From NCBI GenBank assembly GCA_040437565.1, contig JBDOQK010000002.1, positions 992,001 through 1,056,000 of the forward strand: a stretch of DNA of 64,000 nt, in the 5' to 3' direction. Shown here piece by piece: positions 37,536-51,200 of the stretch. Both the position numbers and the translations under genes were made by a program. Under the pieces are notes generated by a model. That model had not been told where the DNA came from. It searched no databases and worked only from the letters and a program-made list of their open reading frames with translations. Each line of letters starts with the position of its first letter. Position 1 is the first letter of the stretch. Origin of the DNA: Albugo candida (lineage: Eukaryota).

Positions 37536-40500
37536 GGGAATTGCTATTTCCACCCAGCTTTTTGCTATTTCCACCCACCAGAGTAACTTTTTGACCAACC
37601 AGATTATGACGTTATTACCACTCCAATGTGACTTTCTGACCAATCAGATTACGGCGTTATTTCCACCCAACTTTTTACTCTTTCCACCTACCTTTATCAA
37701 TATCCTATTTCATCAATTGCAACCACTCTTTTGCCACTCGCTGTGATCTCATTGAACACGTTCGCCAAGTGTGTCTTGAGTCTGGCTATAAGGTGTCGAT
37801 AAAACGTTCAGATGGAGACAGGCGATTTTTGCTTGCTTGTGATCTTGGTGGGGAGTGTAGGAGACGCTCTGCTGGAAACGTTGAGGGAAAGACACGAAAG
37901 ACAGGCACCAGACTGCAAGGGATCCTTGGGAGGCTTTTGGGAAGAAAAATGGAGATGGTTGCTGGAAGGTCAAATTGCGCAACATCCAACACAATCATGA
38001 ACCTTCAGAGAGTATGACTGGGCATCCAGGATGCCGAAGAATGACTGAAGAAGAAAAGCGCCGCGTACAGCAACTCGTATCAGCTGGAGTCTCTGCACGT
38101 CAGGGGTTAAATCTTTTGCATCGTGAATTTCCGGAATATCTGGCTATGACGAATGCCTTCTACAACGCCAAAGCGCAATGTCGTTTGAAGGAATTGGCAG
38201 GCAGGGCTTAGATCCAGGCTTTGATGGATGAACTCACATCGAGCACGTGGACGTATAGTGTTAAAACCACCCACCGGTGGTGGGCGCGTCGCACATTTGT
38301 TCATGGCTCATCCAGCATCCATCCGTTTAGCTCGCCGGTATTGTGGTATTCTTCTCTTGGAGTGTACGTACAAAATGAACAGATTTAGGATGCCTCTGCT
38401 GAGCATTGTTGGATGAACGGAAATGAACTCAACATTTTACTTGGCTTTTGCATTTTTATCAGGGGAGGGGAAGGCAGATTATATCTGGGCACTTAAGCAG
38501 CTGCGAAACATGTTGGTACAAACACCAGACGTTCTGATGACAGATTGCGACTTGGCACTAGCTGGTGCCATTGAAGAAATATTTCTGGACTGCGCACATC
38601 TCCTATGCATGTGGCACATCGGAAAAAATGTACTTGCGAATTGCAAGAAAGAATTTGGCACGAACGAGGAACGGGAGGATTTTTTGAAAGTTGGACAAAT
38701 GTTTGTAGATCAAAGACAATTGCAAACTATGATGCAGGATGGAGTACACTTAAAATTAAGTATGCTGGAAAATCGGACGTTGTCAGCTATTTGGAGAAAA
38801 CCTGGACTCCGCATAAAGCAAAATTTGTGCGCGTCTGGACAGAAAAGGTGATGCATTTTCAAAATGCTTCGACGTCGGCGGTCTTATGAATGTGCTACAA
38901 TTGCTTCTCTTGCAATTGCAGCGCAAAGAGATATTCGGTTAGGAAAGGATGCAATTGCGAGCGCATTCTATATATCAAGTCAGATTCAATCAATTATTCA
39001 AACATGATCGTAAGAATTTGCAAAATTTTAATTTCACCGTGTTCATTTCTTTTGATTATAAGCACCCACTTTGTACCAAATAATTTTTTCATCGGACATC
39101 GATACTCAATATTTGTGTATACGGTTTTGTGTCTTAGATGTACTGAATCGCATCTAGCTTTGAAGTGGTACCTACAAAAATCTACTGGAAATCTGGATCT
39201 TGTTCAGGCAAGAATGAAGCAAGCCATTGAGCACCAAGCCCGGGAGCTTGAAGCAAACATTGCTAGCGAGCGCATCCGAATCCCACATGTATTCCTTGAT
39301 GGTGTAAGTTATGAGCAGCTGGTGGACGCGTCTCCGTTTTTGATCTGAAATAGTCAAAGAGAAATTTAATAGACCGGAAGAGGATTTGAAGAATGCCTGC
39401 AGCCATACGTTGTGGAGTACTATGGGATTACGATGTGTGCATGAAATCCGTGAAGGTTGTAACAGCCCCATACCCTTAACATTGATTCACCTGCATTGAC
39501 ACCTAGGTCACATTAATTACAATGCAAAAACGGAAGGGGCCAAGCAAGTTTCCATCATGCCGAACAACATCGCGTCCTTTCAGCTCTACTTGAAAGCACT
39601 GGAAAGCCGCTATTTGAATTGTTCGCCAGCCCAACAGTCAATCATTCATGCTAAAGTTTCAGAATTGGTAAGTGGGAATTTTTCGGTCCTTGCTGAACCT
39701 TCTGTCGTGAAGGCGAAAAGACGTCCACTTGGGGCCCAACATAAGGCTCTCTATTCATCAACAAAGCGCGAACCGTCAGCATTTGAGCATGCAATGAAGC
39801 CTAAGCGGTGATGTACAAAATGTAAAGAGAGGGACATGATATCCGAAAATGTCTCACGAAGATTTCAACACTATTTTCATCTTGTAGGCAAGATGGAGGT
39901 GAGCAAAGTAGAAGGGAAAACTGAATTTGCAAATACTTATTTTGCCCAATCATATAATAAAAAGGCGGGTGGAAATAGTAAAAATTAGTGTGATAATAAC
40001 GTCGTAATCTGATTGGTAAGAAAATTACATTGGTGGGTGGAAATAGCAANNNNNNNNNNNNNNNNNNNNNNNNNNNNNNNNNNNNNNNNNNNNNNNNNNN
40101 NNNNNNNNNNNNNNNNNNNNNNNNNNNNNNNNNNNNNNNNNNNNNNNNNTCAGGCAAGAATGAAGCAAGCCATTGAGCACCAAGCCCGGGAGCTTGAAGC
40201 AAACATTGCTAGCGAGCGCATCCGAATCCCACATGTATTCCTTGATGGTGTAAGTTATGAGCAGCTGGTGGACGCGTCTCCGTTTTTGATCTGAAATAGT
40301 CAAAGAGAAATTTAATAGACCGGAAGAGGATTTGAAGAATGCCTGCAGCCATACGTTGTGGAGTACTATGGGATTACGATGTGTGCATGAAATCCGTGAA
40401 GGTTGTAACAGCCCCATACCCTTAACATTGATTCACCTGCATTGACACCTAGGTCACATTAATTACAATGCAAAAACGGAAGGGGCCAAGCAAGTTTCCA

Positions 40501-41021
40501 TCATGCCGAACAACATCGCGTCCTTTCAGCTCTACTTGAAAGCACTGGAAAGCCGCTATTTGAATTGTTCGCCAGCCCAACAGTCAATCATTCATGCTAA
40601 AGTTTCAGAATTGGTAAGTGGGAATTTTTCGGTCCTTGCTGAACCTTCTGTCGTGAAGGCGAAAAGACGTCCACTTGGGGCCCAACATAAGGCTCTCTAT
40701 TCATCAACAAAGCGCGAACCGTCAGCATTTGAGCATGCAATGAAGCCTAAGCGGTGATGTACAAAATGTAAAGAGAGGGACATGATATCCGAAAATGTCT
40801 CACGAAGATTTCAACACTATTTTCATCTTGTAGGCAAGATGGAGGTGAGCAAAGTAGAAGGGAAAACTGAATTTGCAAATACTTATTTTGCCCAATCATA
40901 TAATAAAAAGGCGGGTGGAAATAGTAAAAATTAGTGTGATAATAACGTCGTAATCTGATTGGTAAGAAAATTACATTGGTGGGTGGAAATAGCAAAAAGC
41001 TGGGTGGAAATAGCAATTCCC
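37536..41021 (+). mobile_element. Mutator-like DNA transposon (MULE) with pseudogenised transposase
   Basis: TIRs GGGAATTGCTATTTCCACCCAGCTTTTTGCTATTTCCACCCACCA at both ends. 8-bp TSD TATCTTTT at 37528-37535 and 41022-41029. HNHEP, CTYKMNRFRMPL, TDCDLAL, HLLCMWHIGKNV and C-terminal zinc knuckle. 39204-40049 is duplicated across a gap. Confidence 0.93.
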
Positions 41022-41064
41022 TATCTTTTCTATTTTATCATTATCTCGGGGGATTTATAAAAGA

Positions 41065-43443
41065 GGGATTCGGTATAACCCCGCCCCTTTTTTGGTATAG
41101 CCACACCCCTAACTTAAATGAAAACACCGGTATCGCCACACTCGCTAGATTATGGGAACAGGTATCGCCACACCTCCTGAATTAAATTACAGATTTGCTT
41201 TGTTATTTGTGGGTTGTTGACATGAGCGCCTGTTCTGACCTTCTTGTTTGCAGACCCCGCATCTTCGCTTGGGCAGTTCCTGCCCCTCCCTCTTATTGTA
41301 CTCAAATGCGGATGGATCACGCTTGGTACTCGTTGATCCTTTCTGCCGTCCACGTGAGGCCACTGCGGTAGGATCAATTACACTTGGGCTTGGAACCGAT
41401 GCAAGGCAATTGAGACTCTGCTTAAAAAGGCGCTTCCTGTGCGGAGGAAAGCTCGAATAACGCGCTTGCAACTTACTTAATGTCCGAAAAGCATGTTTCT
41501 CCTGACGACGAATTGCGGGATGCAGTGTGGAATGTACAGACTTGTTAAGCCACCAGCGCTCATGAAATTGAGCTTCATGCAAGATTGACCCCAACTTTGC
41601 AGCTCTTAGATGGCATGATACCACGGCAATCATTTAGTGCTCGTGAATGTTCTAGTGAAGTTTTCACTTTTCTCCATCGATAGTGCCTTTTGGTACTGCT
41701 CGGAGACCTGCAGAAAAAAAATATGGTCAGTACATACCTTGCAAGTACTGTATAGAACTGTATGCATAAACTAGTGTTACACACTTCATTCAATGCATAT
41801 TGTGAAATCTTTCAATTCACAGTTGTCCAGAGCTCCCACTAAGGCGGACTATAGTGTGTGAACGATCGTATGCAGCTTTTTGACTCGTTTCTTGGCGCTG
41901 CTGTTGAGCCGCGAGAATCAATTTGTCATAAACTGTTGCCAAATCTCCTGCTGAAACTGCAATCCATTTCTTCAAGGTTGCATGTCCGCCTCCAACGCGA
42001 GATGTAGCTACATGCCCAAAATGCTTAGTTTTTTTGATCCAAGCAAGGATGAATTTCTCGTTGTGCGGAATCCATGTGGATTGTAAATACGCATAGTCAG
42101 TCTCATTAGTAGCATCTTTCAGGAGCACCCAATTCTTATCGAATTTCCTGTTCAGTTGCAGAGCAGTACAATCCGTGCCACTTTGTGAAAGATTTCTCCC
42201 AGTCTTCATCTTTTGCAAAGTGCTCTTTGGCATCTACCAGGACATTCTTATCAATATGCCATTTGCAAAGCTGATTCTTCGCTTCAGTTATAACACGTGA
42301 GATTGCAGCCATCAATGCCAATTCTCTGTCAGTGAAAATGACAATTGGCCCAGGAATTTTATCTTGCAAACTTTCCTCATTTGCCCAAGTGCCCAAATGT
42401 AATCATCTTCTGATTCATGTCGCAAGACAACATAGCAATCAGAATATGACTGGTTTGTGCATGCCGCACCCAGGACATGGAAAAATGGCATTTGAAACCT
42501 GGAGATTTTGTCTGCTCTTAGTTGAAGTTGGGCAAAGATTGGTTGCAAGCATTTTACTCACCTATTGGTTTTGTATGTCGAATCTTCTAGAAGAATCCCC
42601 CGAAGAAAAGTCATTGTCTGTCGATATGCAAGGCTTAGGTGCAATCAAGAGGCGCGTTAATTTTATCGATGAGGGGTCCCGATCAAGCTCATTCCTAAGG
42701 ACACTTCCCTCTTGTGTTTTCAGCAATGCTACAAGAGGGCTGCGACCAAGGAGAAACCGGTACGTTCACGTTTTCGAACATTGTGAATGTCTTGCCCGCT
42801 GGCAGGAAAAGCAGCATCAGACGGCTTTATCGTACTTGAAATCAACCGAGGACGTGCTCCACCTTTTGTCAAGTCCAGAATTTGCTGCTTCTCCACCTGG
42901 TTCAATACCCTGGCTTCTAGGAATGCTGCAAGATTCTCTGCTGCCTCATGATTGTGAGTTGCAACAACCACACTCACTCGACATTTTTGAACAGAATTTT
43001 GACTCAGTTGACGCTGAATGGCGATTAACCATGGGCACATTAGAAGCCGCGTTGATGTTTGGCGGATCCTCGTGCCTATGTTTTTGTAACGACCACCGTG
43101 GACACAAGCAAGCCACATCTTCCTAGTATTACCGTACTTTTCGGCCTTTGTGCGACCTTTCTTTGTTGAATAGCTTTCTTGCCACGCAAAGGTTTGTACT
43201 GCCTTAGGTCTCGTATGTGTATTCCGGGGGTGAAGCACGTGGCATAGTGAGGACAGGGTATTTACTTTAGCGTTCTCATAGCAATATAAGTAGGGCATAT
43301 GCGAATTTGAAAATAGCGAGTGTGCTGATGCCGGTTCTCATTTATCAAGAATATTTAAAGGGTGTAACAATACCGGTGTTCTCAATTAAGTTAGGGGGTG
43401 CGGCTATACCTAAAAAGGGGGGGGGGTTGCTATACCGGGCTCC
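41065..43443 (-). mobile_element. Second Mutator-like transposon with pseudogenised transposase
   Basis: Imperfect ~75-bp TIRs (CGGTATA..GGTATAGCCxCACCCCTAACTTAA..ACACCGGTAT). HNHE, FTDRELALM, QLCKWHIDKNV, HFGHVATSRVGGGH, STKRDPSAFE..RCGVCKQEGQNRRSC. No clear TSD. Confidence 0.9.
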
Positions 43444-43711
43444 TATTTTTTATCCCTTTATTTATTCTATTATATTTTAATAAACCAATCAGAGGCCACT
43501 AAGCTATTAATCTATGGAGCTGGGGGCTGATTACAGAAAGCATAGGGGCTGAATAACGATTCCTATTTTTGATGTGCCTTACGTTGAAACAGTAGTATAG
43601 CCATCTTATTGACCGAACATATCATTTACACAAATTAGTCAATCAAAGGAATTTGGTCTGTGGCAATAGTCACACCCTGTCAAGAATAATCTACTGGTTG
43701 ATGTTATGGCA

Positions 43712-44385
43712 ATATCGTTCCTTCCGCTTATTCCTTTTTGCGCTTCCAAGACTACGCAGTACTGTTCGCTACCTTTTCATCGTCTGTATTTGTGGGTGCC
43801 ACCTGTAACATAACCAGATTTGTCGTGTACTCACTCAAGTGCAAACCATTCCATTTCGTGATGCTCTAATCTCGTCAATCTGAGATATGTCAGCAACAAA
43901 AGAAGTCCCAGGTTGCTGCATTTTAGAATGGAAGCTCCATGGATTCTTCGGCAAGCCATGTCGACATTAACAAAGCGATCATGCAGTGGTGACATACATA
44001 CATGCTTTTATTGAGAAAGATTCACTGGATCAATGCTCTGTAAAGAGGTGTCTGCGTATGTGGCGGCTAACCGAAGGCGTTCGACCGTAATCTAGGAAGC
44101 TGATGTTTTTACTATAACTATCGTAAGAACAAACGTTTCTGTGTTTACTTCCACAAATTCTCAGCAGTGAATGTCTAAGCTCGCATATTTAATGATAATC
44201 CATATTTCGCGTTTCGAAATTTCTGAGAGAACACTTCTGAGACGACAGGATCACATATCTGATACCGATAAAATGTGTATATAGAAATCCAAAGGAGCTT
44301 CAATTCCATTGTGAATGCCAATTATAGGCTTATACTTCAGCCAACTTTTGCACGCTACCTTTCTGTGTACTTCTCCTAAGATTTC
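43712..44385 (-). pseudogene. Degenerate copy B of the unidentified gene family at 27535-28078
   Basis: atatcgttccttccgcttattcctttttgcgcttccaagact is the near reverse complement of 28039-28078. EVHRKVACKSWL is shared. Confidence 0.5.
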
Positions 44386-44692
44386 GATCCCACACATAGA
44401 TACTTCTTCGAAAAGCACGACTAAAATTCCCATTAAGACCAAGATGTCTAGGTCGGAGTTTCTGCTGAGCAGAAGCGAACTTGGATCAGAATTACATCAA
44501 TTATACATATAGGTGGCATCTGGCGATACTGTGAACGTGGAGAATGCAGAATTGCCTATTTTGTGAATTGACTCGTAAGATCGAGAATAAGTCGTGTCTC
44601 GCTGCAAATCTTTATTCTATAAGCGTAATGTTCTGATATCTGCAAACGATTATTATTTCATCAAGTATTCACACATCTATCACATATTTAGT

Positions 44693-45087
44693 GGAGCTCC
44701 CACAAAGAATACATCCCGACAAGATCATTTTATAAACGACTATGTTCCCTCTACCATACAGTTCTGCAAGAGGGAAAGGCACGGTCCAAGACTTAGTCAT
44801 CTCACGGCGCCAGAAAGACGTAGAAACGCTTTAGAATATTTATGAGTCTTCTCAAGATCATCGAAAACTTCCATTATAAACTACACAACGTTTTAACCAT
44901 TTGCTTGATTCTCTAGGCGTTCGAAAGGATCCTTAAGAATTATACATATTAAGCAGCGTTGTCGTGTTTATCTGGGGGGAGAGGACTAACTCATGTACCG
45001 CTTTTTCTCCTCTTGCAGAATTGCATAGTAATGGGAACATAGTAGTTTATATAGAGCAAGCAGGGATGTTTCGTTTATAGAGATTCA
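44693..45087. mobile_element. Non-coding foldback / MITE-like element with long imperfect inverted arms
   Basis: tataaacgactatgttccctctaccatacagttctgcaagagg (44731) pairs with cctcttgcagaattgcatagtaatgggaacatagtagtttata (45009-45051). Weaker pairing extends both outward and inward. Confidence 0.75.
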
Positions 45088-45241
45088 TTAGCTTTTCTGA
45101 ATGAACGGGAATTCTTAATGTGAAAAATCATTCTCTAACAAGTATAAGTGTATTAAGTGATCATGGTCATAGCACGAGTGTGTGTGGCGAGACAAGAATT
45201 ATCGAGTATCTGCATAGCATTCGGGCGACGGTAGGGGCTTT

Positions 45242-48200
45242 TGTAGGGCACGACGGCATGCGAAAGACGATACATGTTTCCGCAAGCAATGAATCATATA
45301 GGAATCAGGCAAAAAATCCAGTGAAAGAGTCAGTAGGCTTAGACTAACACAGGGTTGTGAACTAAGGACCTAAGTGAGCTTCACTTTTCGTTTTTACCAG
45401 CTTAGACACTACATCTGGTAGCACTTGTTGGTCAGCGAGCCTAACTATGACCCGAACCCGACATTGCCCTGAGCTTGACATTTATCCCTGACTAGAACCT
45501 CACCTGGACCTACTCCGGACGCCGATTGATCAAGTGTCTTAAGTGGAGATGTACAGGACATTAGGGGGCCTTCAAACGCAGAGCTCATGCAAAACATGCT
45601 CGCGATGATGGCGCAGCAACAAGAAATGATGCGCAAGATGACCGAGGAGACAGCGCTTAAAGACCTCCGACTGAAGCCGTGAATGCGCCTCGTTACAGTG
45701 GACATATTCAGGAGTCGTTTTCTTTATCTCAAGAACAAGTGCATCAGTATTTTGAAGTGAAGCGTGTTGCCTGGAAGGTTGCGACGATGGCGCCACAATT
45801 ATTCTGACTATCGAAAGCATGCTCACCGGCACAGCGGCGGAGTGGTTTGTCTGGTCATGCAACCGAGTTGATACTGTCGATTTATTACTCTGGCACACTG
45901 AGCAAGGATTTGTACCCGCAGACCTACAGATAAGGTTTCTTGACCAACTTCGGAATCTCACTCAAGCGTAGTGTCTAGATCTTGAAGACTTTGTGAATCG
46001 CTTCCGACAGCTAATGAAACAAGTACGTAATATGAGTGAATTGACTTTGTCTTCTACTTTACTTAAGGCCTGAAGCATCAGACCCGCGCCGAAGTGAAAT
46101 ATCGCCGTGGCTCATCGCTTAGTCAGGCAATATGTCGCATACGACTTTGAGCGTTCACATTTTAGCGCAGGGAGTTCAAGGCGTGCAAAGATTTGGTCGA
46201 CCAGGAAGGAGCTCTCATCAAAGATTCGAGTACTCTCAACCCGAGCCAATGGAAATTGAGAATGTGCAAGTAGTGGCACGAGAAGAGTGCTTTCAGCGCA
46301 AGTTGTGCTTCTGTTGCAAGAAAACAGGAGATCAACCCGCGGAGTGCCCCAAACGGCCACGAACACGAACAGTATAAAGGGCGAGAGCGCGTGTAGTTAT
46401 GATCGAAAGTGTTCAAGAAAGAAGTGAAGAGGTTGACGAAGCTATCGCGTTCGATCAATTTATGGTGAATACGCTACAAGTCAATTTGGCAAATAAGCAG
46501 CCTTATTTGTTGCGAAAGCCGGGTACTCTTGATGGCACACCGGTAACGATCATGCTGAATTGTAGGGCATCGACAAATGTGATTCGCCCTGAACTAGCTT
46601 CCAGAGTTATCATTACGCAATGAGGATAGTTAAAGCGGTTTGATGGGTCACTTACCTCGACGGCGGAGCTAGCGATGGTTGAGGCGACAGTGCACACAAA
46701 CAAAGGCGAGTTTTTAAACATAACTTTCACGGAGACCCATCCGGGTGCCGATCAGGATGTGATTTTTGGTCTTCCGTGGTTTCGAGAATACGCCCCGCAA
46801 TTTGACTGGACTCAGGCCAATTTGCGCGCCCGACACAGCCCAACACCAGTGAACAGGAAGTCCTCGCAGTGGCGAGAAGGCACTCAAGCGACATCGTGAT
46901 CGGGCCCTATGTGCGCAGAAAAGGATACGCGGAGCTGTTTTTGGTCAGGGTTTCTTTTATTAAGATGGATGATAATGTCCCGGATTGGCTTCGCGGTCAT
47001 ATTAACGAGTACGCTGTATCTTTCTAGCGAAGCTCCCAAAAGGACTCCCAGATGCGATTGCGAGTTCAAGAGCGCTGTTCCGTCTATAGAATTGCTGGGT
47101 GGAAGTGTCCAATTCGTCATGGGTGTCAAACATATTTGGCATTCCAAAGAAAGACCACGTGACGGGACAAGCTTCAACACGTGGCGAGTGGCTTCGGTCG
47201 GGAAACAGCTTTCAGCCAATTCGCTGGGTTATCGAGTATCGTTACGTGAATAGCAAAACCAAGATTCCAAAAAATCCACTTCCTCTCATAGAGGAGCTTT
47301 TGACAGGATGGCAGGGTGCGTAGTGTTTACGGTTATTGACTTGGCACAAGGCTACCATCAGATGCTCGGTAGCAGTTTAAGTAGCCAGTACACTGCCTTT
47401 TGAACGCACAAAGAAACATTCCAGTGGTGCGTCGCACCAGTGGGATTGGAGGGAATGCCTGATGTGTGGTCACGCCTTATGCGCGTTCTATTTGACATGT
47501 TTGACTTCGTGGTTGTCTACCTAGTGGACATATGCATTTTCTCAAAGACGAACGAAGAACACAGAACACTTTTGTACGAGGTGTTTGGAGTACTTCACCA
47601 CGAGAAGGTATATGCTCAACGAAGAAATTTGCTCCTTCGACAAGGACAGTATCGAGTTCCTAGGTCACACAGTTTCCAGGAATGGCTTAAGCATCGACTA
47701 GCGTAAGATCTCGGCAATTGACAACATGGCCCCACCAACCACGCGAAAGGAAATATTGAGCTTTCTGGGTCTAGCCGGATACTACCGGCGCTTTATAGGC
47801 GACTTTGCCAAGATAGCACTTTCCTTAAGCGAACTTGAGAAGAAGGACTTCTCTTGGGGGTGGGCAGATGATCAGAACGAAGTATTTCGACCACTAAAAG
47901 TCGTGCTACAACAAGCTCCCATGCTTCAACTGCCGGATGTTGCTAAAACGTTTATCGTCACAACAGACGCGTCACGATTATGCATGGGTGGCATCTTATC
48001 TCAGCTTACAAATGGAGCGGATTATCATATAGCGTTTCTCCAAAACGTTTGGAATTCACGAAAAGTGGTGATCGGCAAATGAGCAAGAATAACTTGCGAT
48101 CAAGACGACTCTCGCGAAATGGCGCCATTATCTGCATGGCCGATCGTTTGATGTCTACACCGACAACAACGCGTGCCGTTGAATGCTGCACCATCCCAGC

Positions 48201-51200
48201 AACACGCCGAAACTAGCATGCTGACTTTTACTCCCAGTTTGATTTTATTTTGCATCACGTCAAAGAGACTTCCAAAGTTGTCGTCGACGCACTGTCGCGT
48301 CCGAGCGTCGCCGGTCCAACCACCATGACTAGCCACAGTCAAGTCCCTTACGTTCATGACTGCGGACCAGTGTGTGCTCGCCGGGACGTCCATTTTCGAC
48401 GTCATGCTCGGCATATGGCCGTTCTATGCTTGATCTTACCACTCGATCAGGACCTTCCCCTCGAGGTGCAGGACTTCTCGAGGGTGCATAGCGTGCACCA
48501 GATTGATGTACCTCAACTGAAACGGCGAGAAAGTCACGATCAAATCCAGCTCATCGATTTTATTATTTCAAGCATCCATCTCTCGTCTATAAACAAGAAG
48601 GCGTTTATGAGCGGCTACACAAAGTACCGCGAATTCAAGGAAGCGGTGAGCTCGCATCACGGCAAGTACGTACTACAGAATGGATCACTCTATGTCAAGA
48701 CCAATTACGCAGTCAGAAGGCTATGCGTTCCAGCAGACGATAGACTTATCATCGCTATCCTCCGTGAGCATCACGATAGAAATACTGCCGCACATCCTGG
48801 TTTGCGTCACACACAGCTCAAGATGACGCAATGGTACTACTGGCCAACCTTGGAAAAAGACGTTCGAGAGTATGTACAAAGCTGTAGTACATGTGCGCGA
48901 TGGAAGGCGAGCACACTCAAGAAAAAAGGCAAGCTCATGCCAATCCCAGTTCCTGAAGAGTTAAGAAGTAGCTTCGATGGACGTTGTAACGGGACTACCA
49001 GTGTCAAGAGGATTCGATGCTATCATGATACTGGTCGATAAACTGTCGAAGCGCCCTCGATATGCTGCTACACACACGAAAACCGATGCGCCAAAAAGTT
49101 GCAAAACTATTGTTTTGATGTCGTAGTACGTCATCACGGATTACCGAAGGTCATCATCAGTGATCGAGATCCAAAATTCACTTCAAACTTCTGGAAGTCG
49201 CTAATGTTCATTATGGGCACCAAGCTTTTAATGACGACAGTACATCGCACGCAGGCTGACGGGCAGACTGAGCGAGAAAATTTAATTTTCGAGGATGCGC
49301 TACACTGCTTGGTGTCGTACCATGGCGAAGACTAGTCAACTCATCTCGGGACTATCGAATTTGCTTATGCCACTCAGGTGAGCAAGTCAGCACAGCTGCC
49401 ACCGTTTGAAATTGACACAGGGCTCCAGGTCATCAATGCTATCTCTGAAAGTATCAGTGGCGCCGGAAAGGAGCTCCCTGTAGCCGAGTACGAAAGAAAA
49501 TTTACAGCCAAGAAGCAAAAGATTATTAACTCACGCAAACCAACTTGGCCAAGGCTCAAGAAAAATAAAAGGACTACTACGACAGGAAGTGTAGTAATGT
49601 GACATTCAAGGCTGGAGACCTGGTCATGCTCGATGTCAGACACCTCAAGTTATGGCACCACGAAACGAGACAAGAAATTATAAAGACGAAGCTTTTGCAA
49701 AGCGCATTGGACCATTTAATATGAAGGAGATGATCAACAAAATCGTGGCAAAACTTAGAAACCTCAGCAAGTTGCACCCCAGTTTCAACATCGAATGGTT
49801 TAGCCATTTTGTCCCGAATCCCGTTAGATTCAGCAATCGCCCGGTCCCGAAAGCAGTGCCGGTAATCCTCGAGGAGGAAACCGGCAGCGAGATGACATCG
49901 TGTTAGTTTACGGTCAAAAGGGGAAGTACATTATCAAGATTAACGTCTCCTACGGGCCACTAATCACTACCTCTCGATTTATGTGCCATACCTCCTAGTC
50001 GTCGTTTTGCATGTCGTGTGTACTGCACAATCAATGCTTCAACTACAGTGTACATTCCAACACTACCACTCAATGTAGTTGGCCGCTGACTTGATACCCA
50101 TTGCATCACGAACAAATTGTATTCGTTTTCTTCCCAGTGCTTTCGACAGAATGTCCGCTAGTTGTACTTCGTTTCTTTGTACATCACCTTTATCAACCCT
50201 GCCTTTATCTTCTCACGGATAAAAGGATAGCGGATATCCACATGCTTTGTTCGTGCATGATATCCTGGATTCGTGGCAAGTGCGATAGCTCCTTGCTTAT
50301 TTTTTAACCAATTTTTGAATTCTTATGTTTAAAACCCAGGTCGGAAAGCATCTCTCTTGCCCACAGTACGTCCTGTGTACACATGCTCATTGCCATGAAC
50401 TCAGCTTCTGAGGTACACAAAGCCACTGTACGTTGGTATTTCGACTTGAATGCAGCTGGTCCCCATTCAGTAGTGTTAATACACCACTCACAGACCTGCG
50501 GCCATCCAAGTTGTTTCCCCAATCTTCATCACAGTATGCAGACGATTGGTTTGGAGTCTTATTGAAGGTGTATTGTATTCCGAATGTCGACGTCGATTAT
50601 AAGCATCTTACACTTTGATAGCTGCTTTCCAGTGCTTCGATCTAGGTTAGATGAAAAAGGTCCAAGTTGACTCACAGCGAATGCCACAACCCGCCGTGTG
50701 CACATTGCAACATACAGCAACCGCCCATCAAGTTGGCGATGGGGTGTTCTGTTCATGAGTTCGTGTTCTTCTTCGTCGTCGGACTATCTTTGTTTGAAAG
50801 TCTAGTGCCTGGATCACATGGATTCTCTACACTACGATTATGATTCTGTTTGAATATTTCTGCGGCCGTTTCCAAATGTTTTTTCTGTGTGATCGACATG
50901 GCTCGCTTCTCTTGGTCGTAATTCATCTCCATACCCAGGAGGTATTTAACTGGCCCAAGGTCTTTACTCCTAATTCGTTGTGAAATTTGATTCACGGTAT
51001 CGCTTTATTTAGCTGCTACGATCATAACATCCACATAAAGACACAAGTAAATCCATCCGTCCCGATCCTCCTTCTTGTAGACGCACGATAAGCACCACAT
51101 GCTTCAGATTCCAGATTTATCAATGCACTGTGAAAGGTGAGTTCCACGCCTTTGCGGCTTGCTTTATTCCATACAAAGCATGGTTCAGATTCAAAACATA

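Noticed and set aside
39204..40995. Duplicated MULE 3' end (similarly 57623-58410 and 61166-62563)
   Set aside because: Exact gap-flanking overlaps, not biological repeats.
42332..43126. 264-aa plus-strand ORF
   Set aside because: Antisense to the MULE transposase, with no motifs; likely a shadow ORF.
44251..44442. Possible Albugo CCG/CHxC effector (hydrophobic stretch followed by CKSWL..G)
   Set aside because: Both copies have CxxW rather than CxxC, there is no convincing ATG-led signal peptide, and the other copy lacks the hydrophobic stretch.
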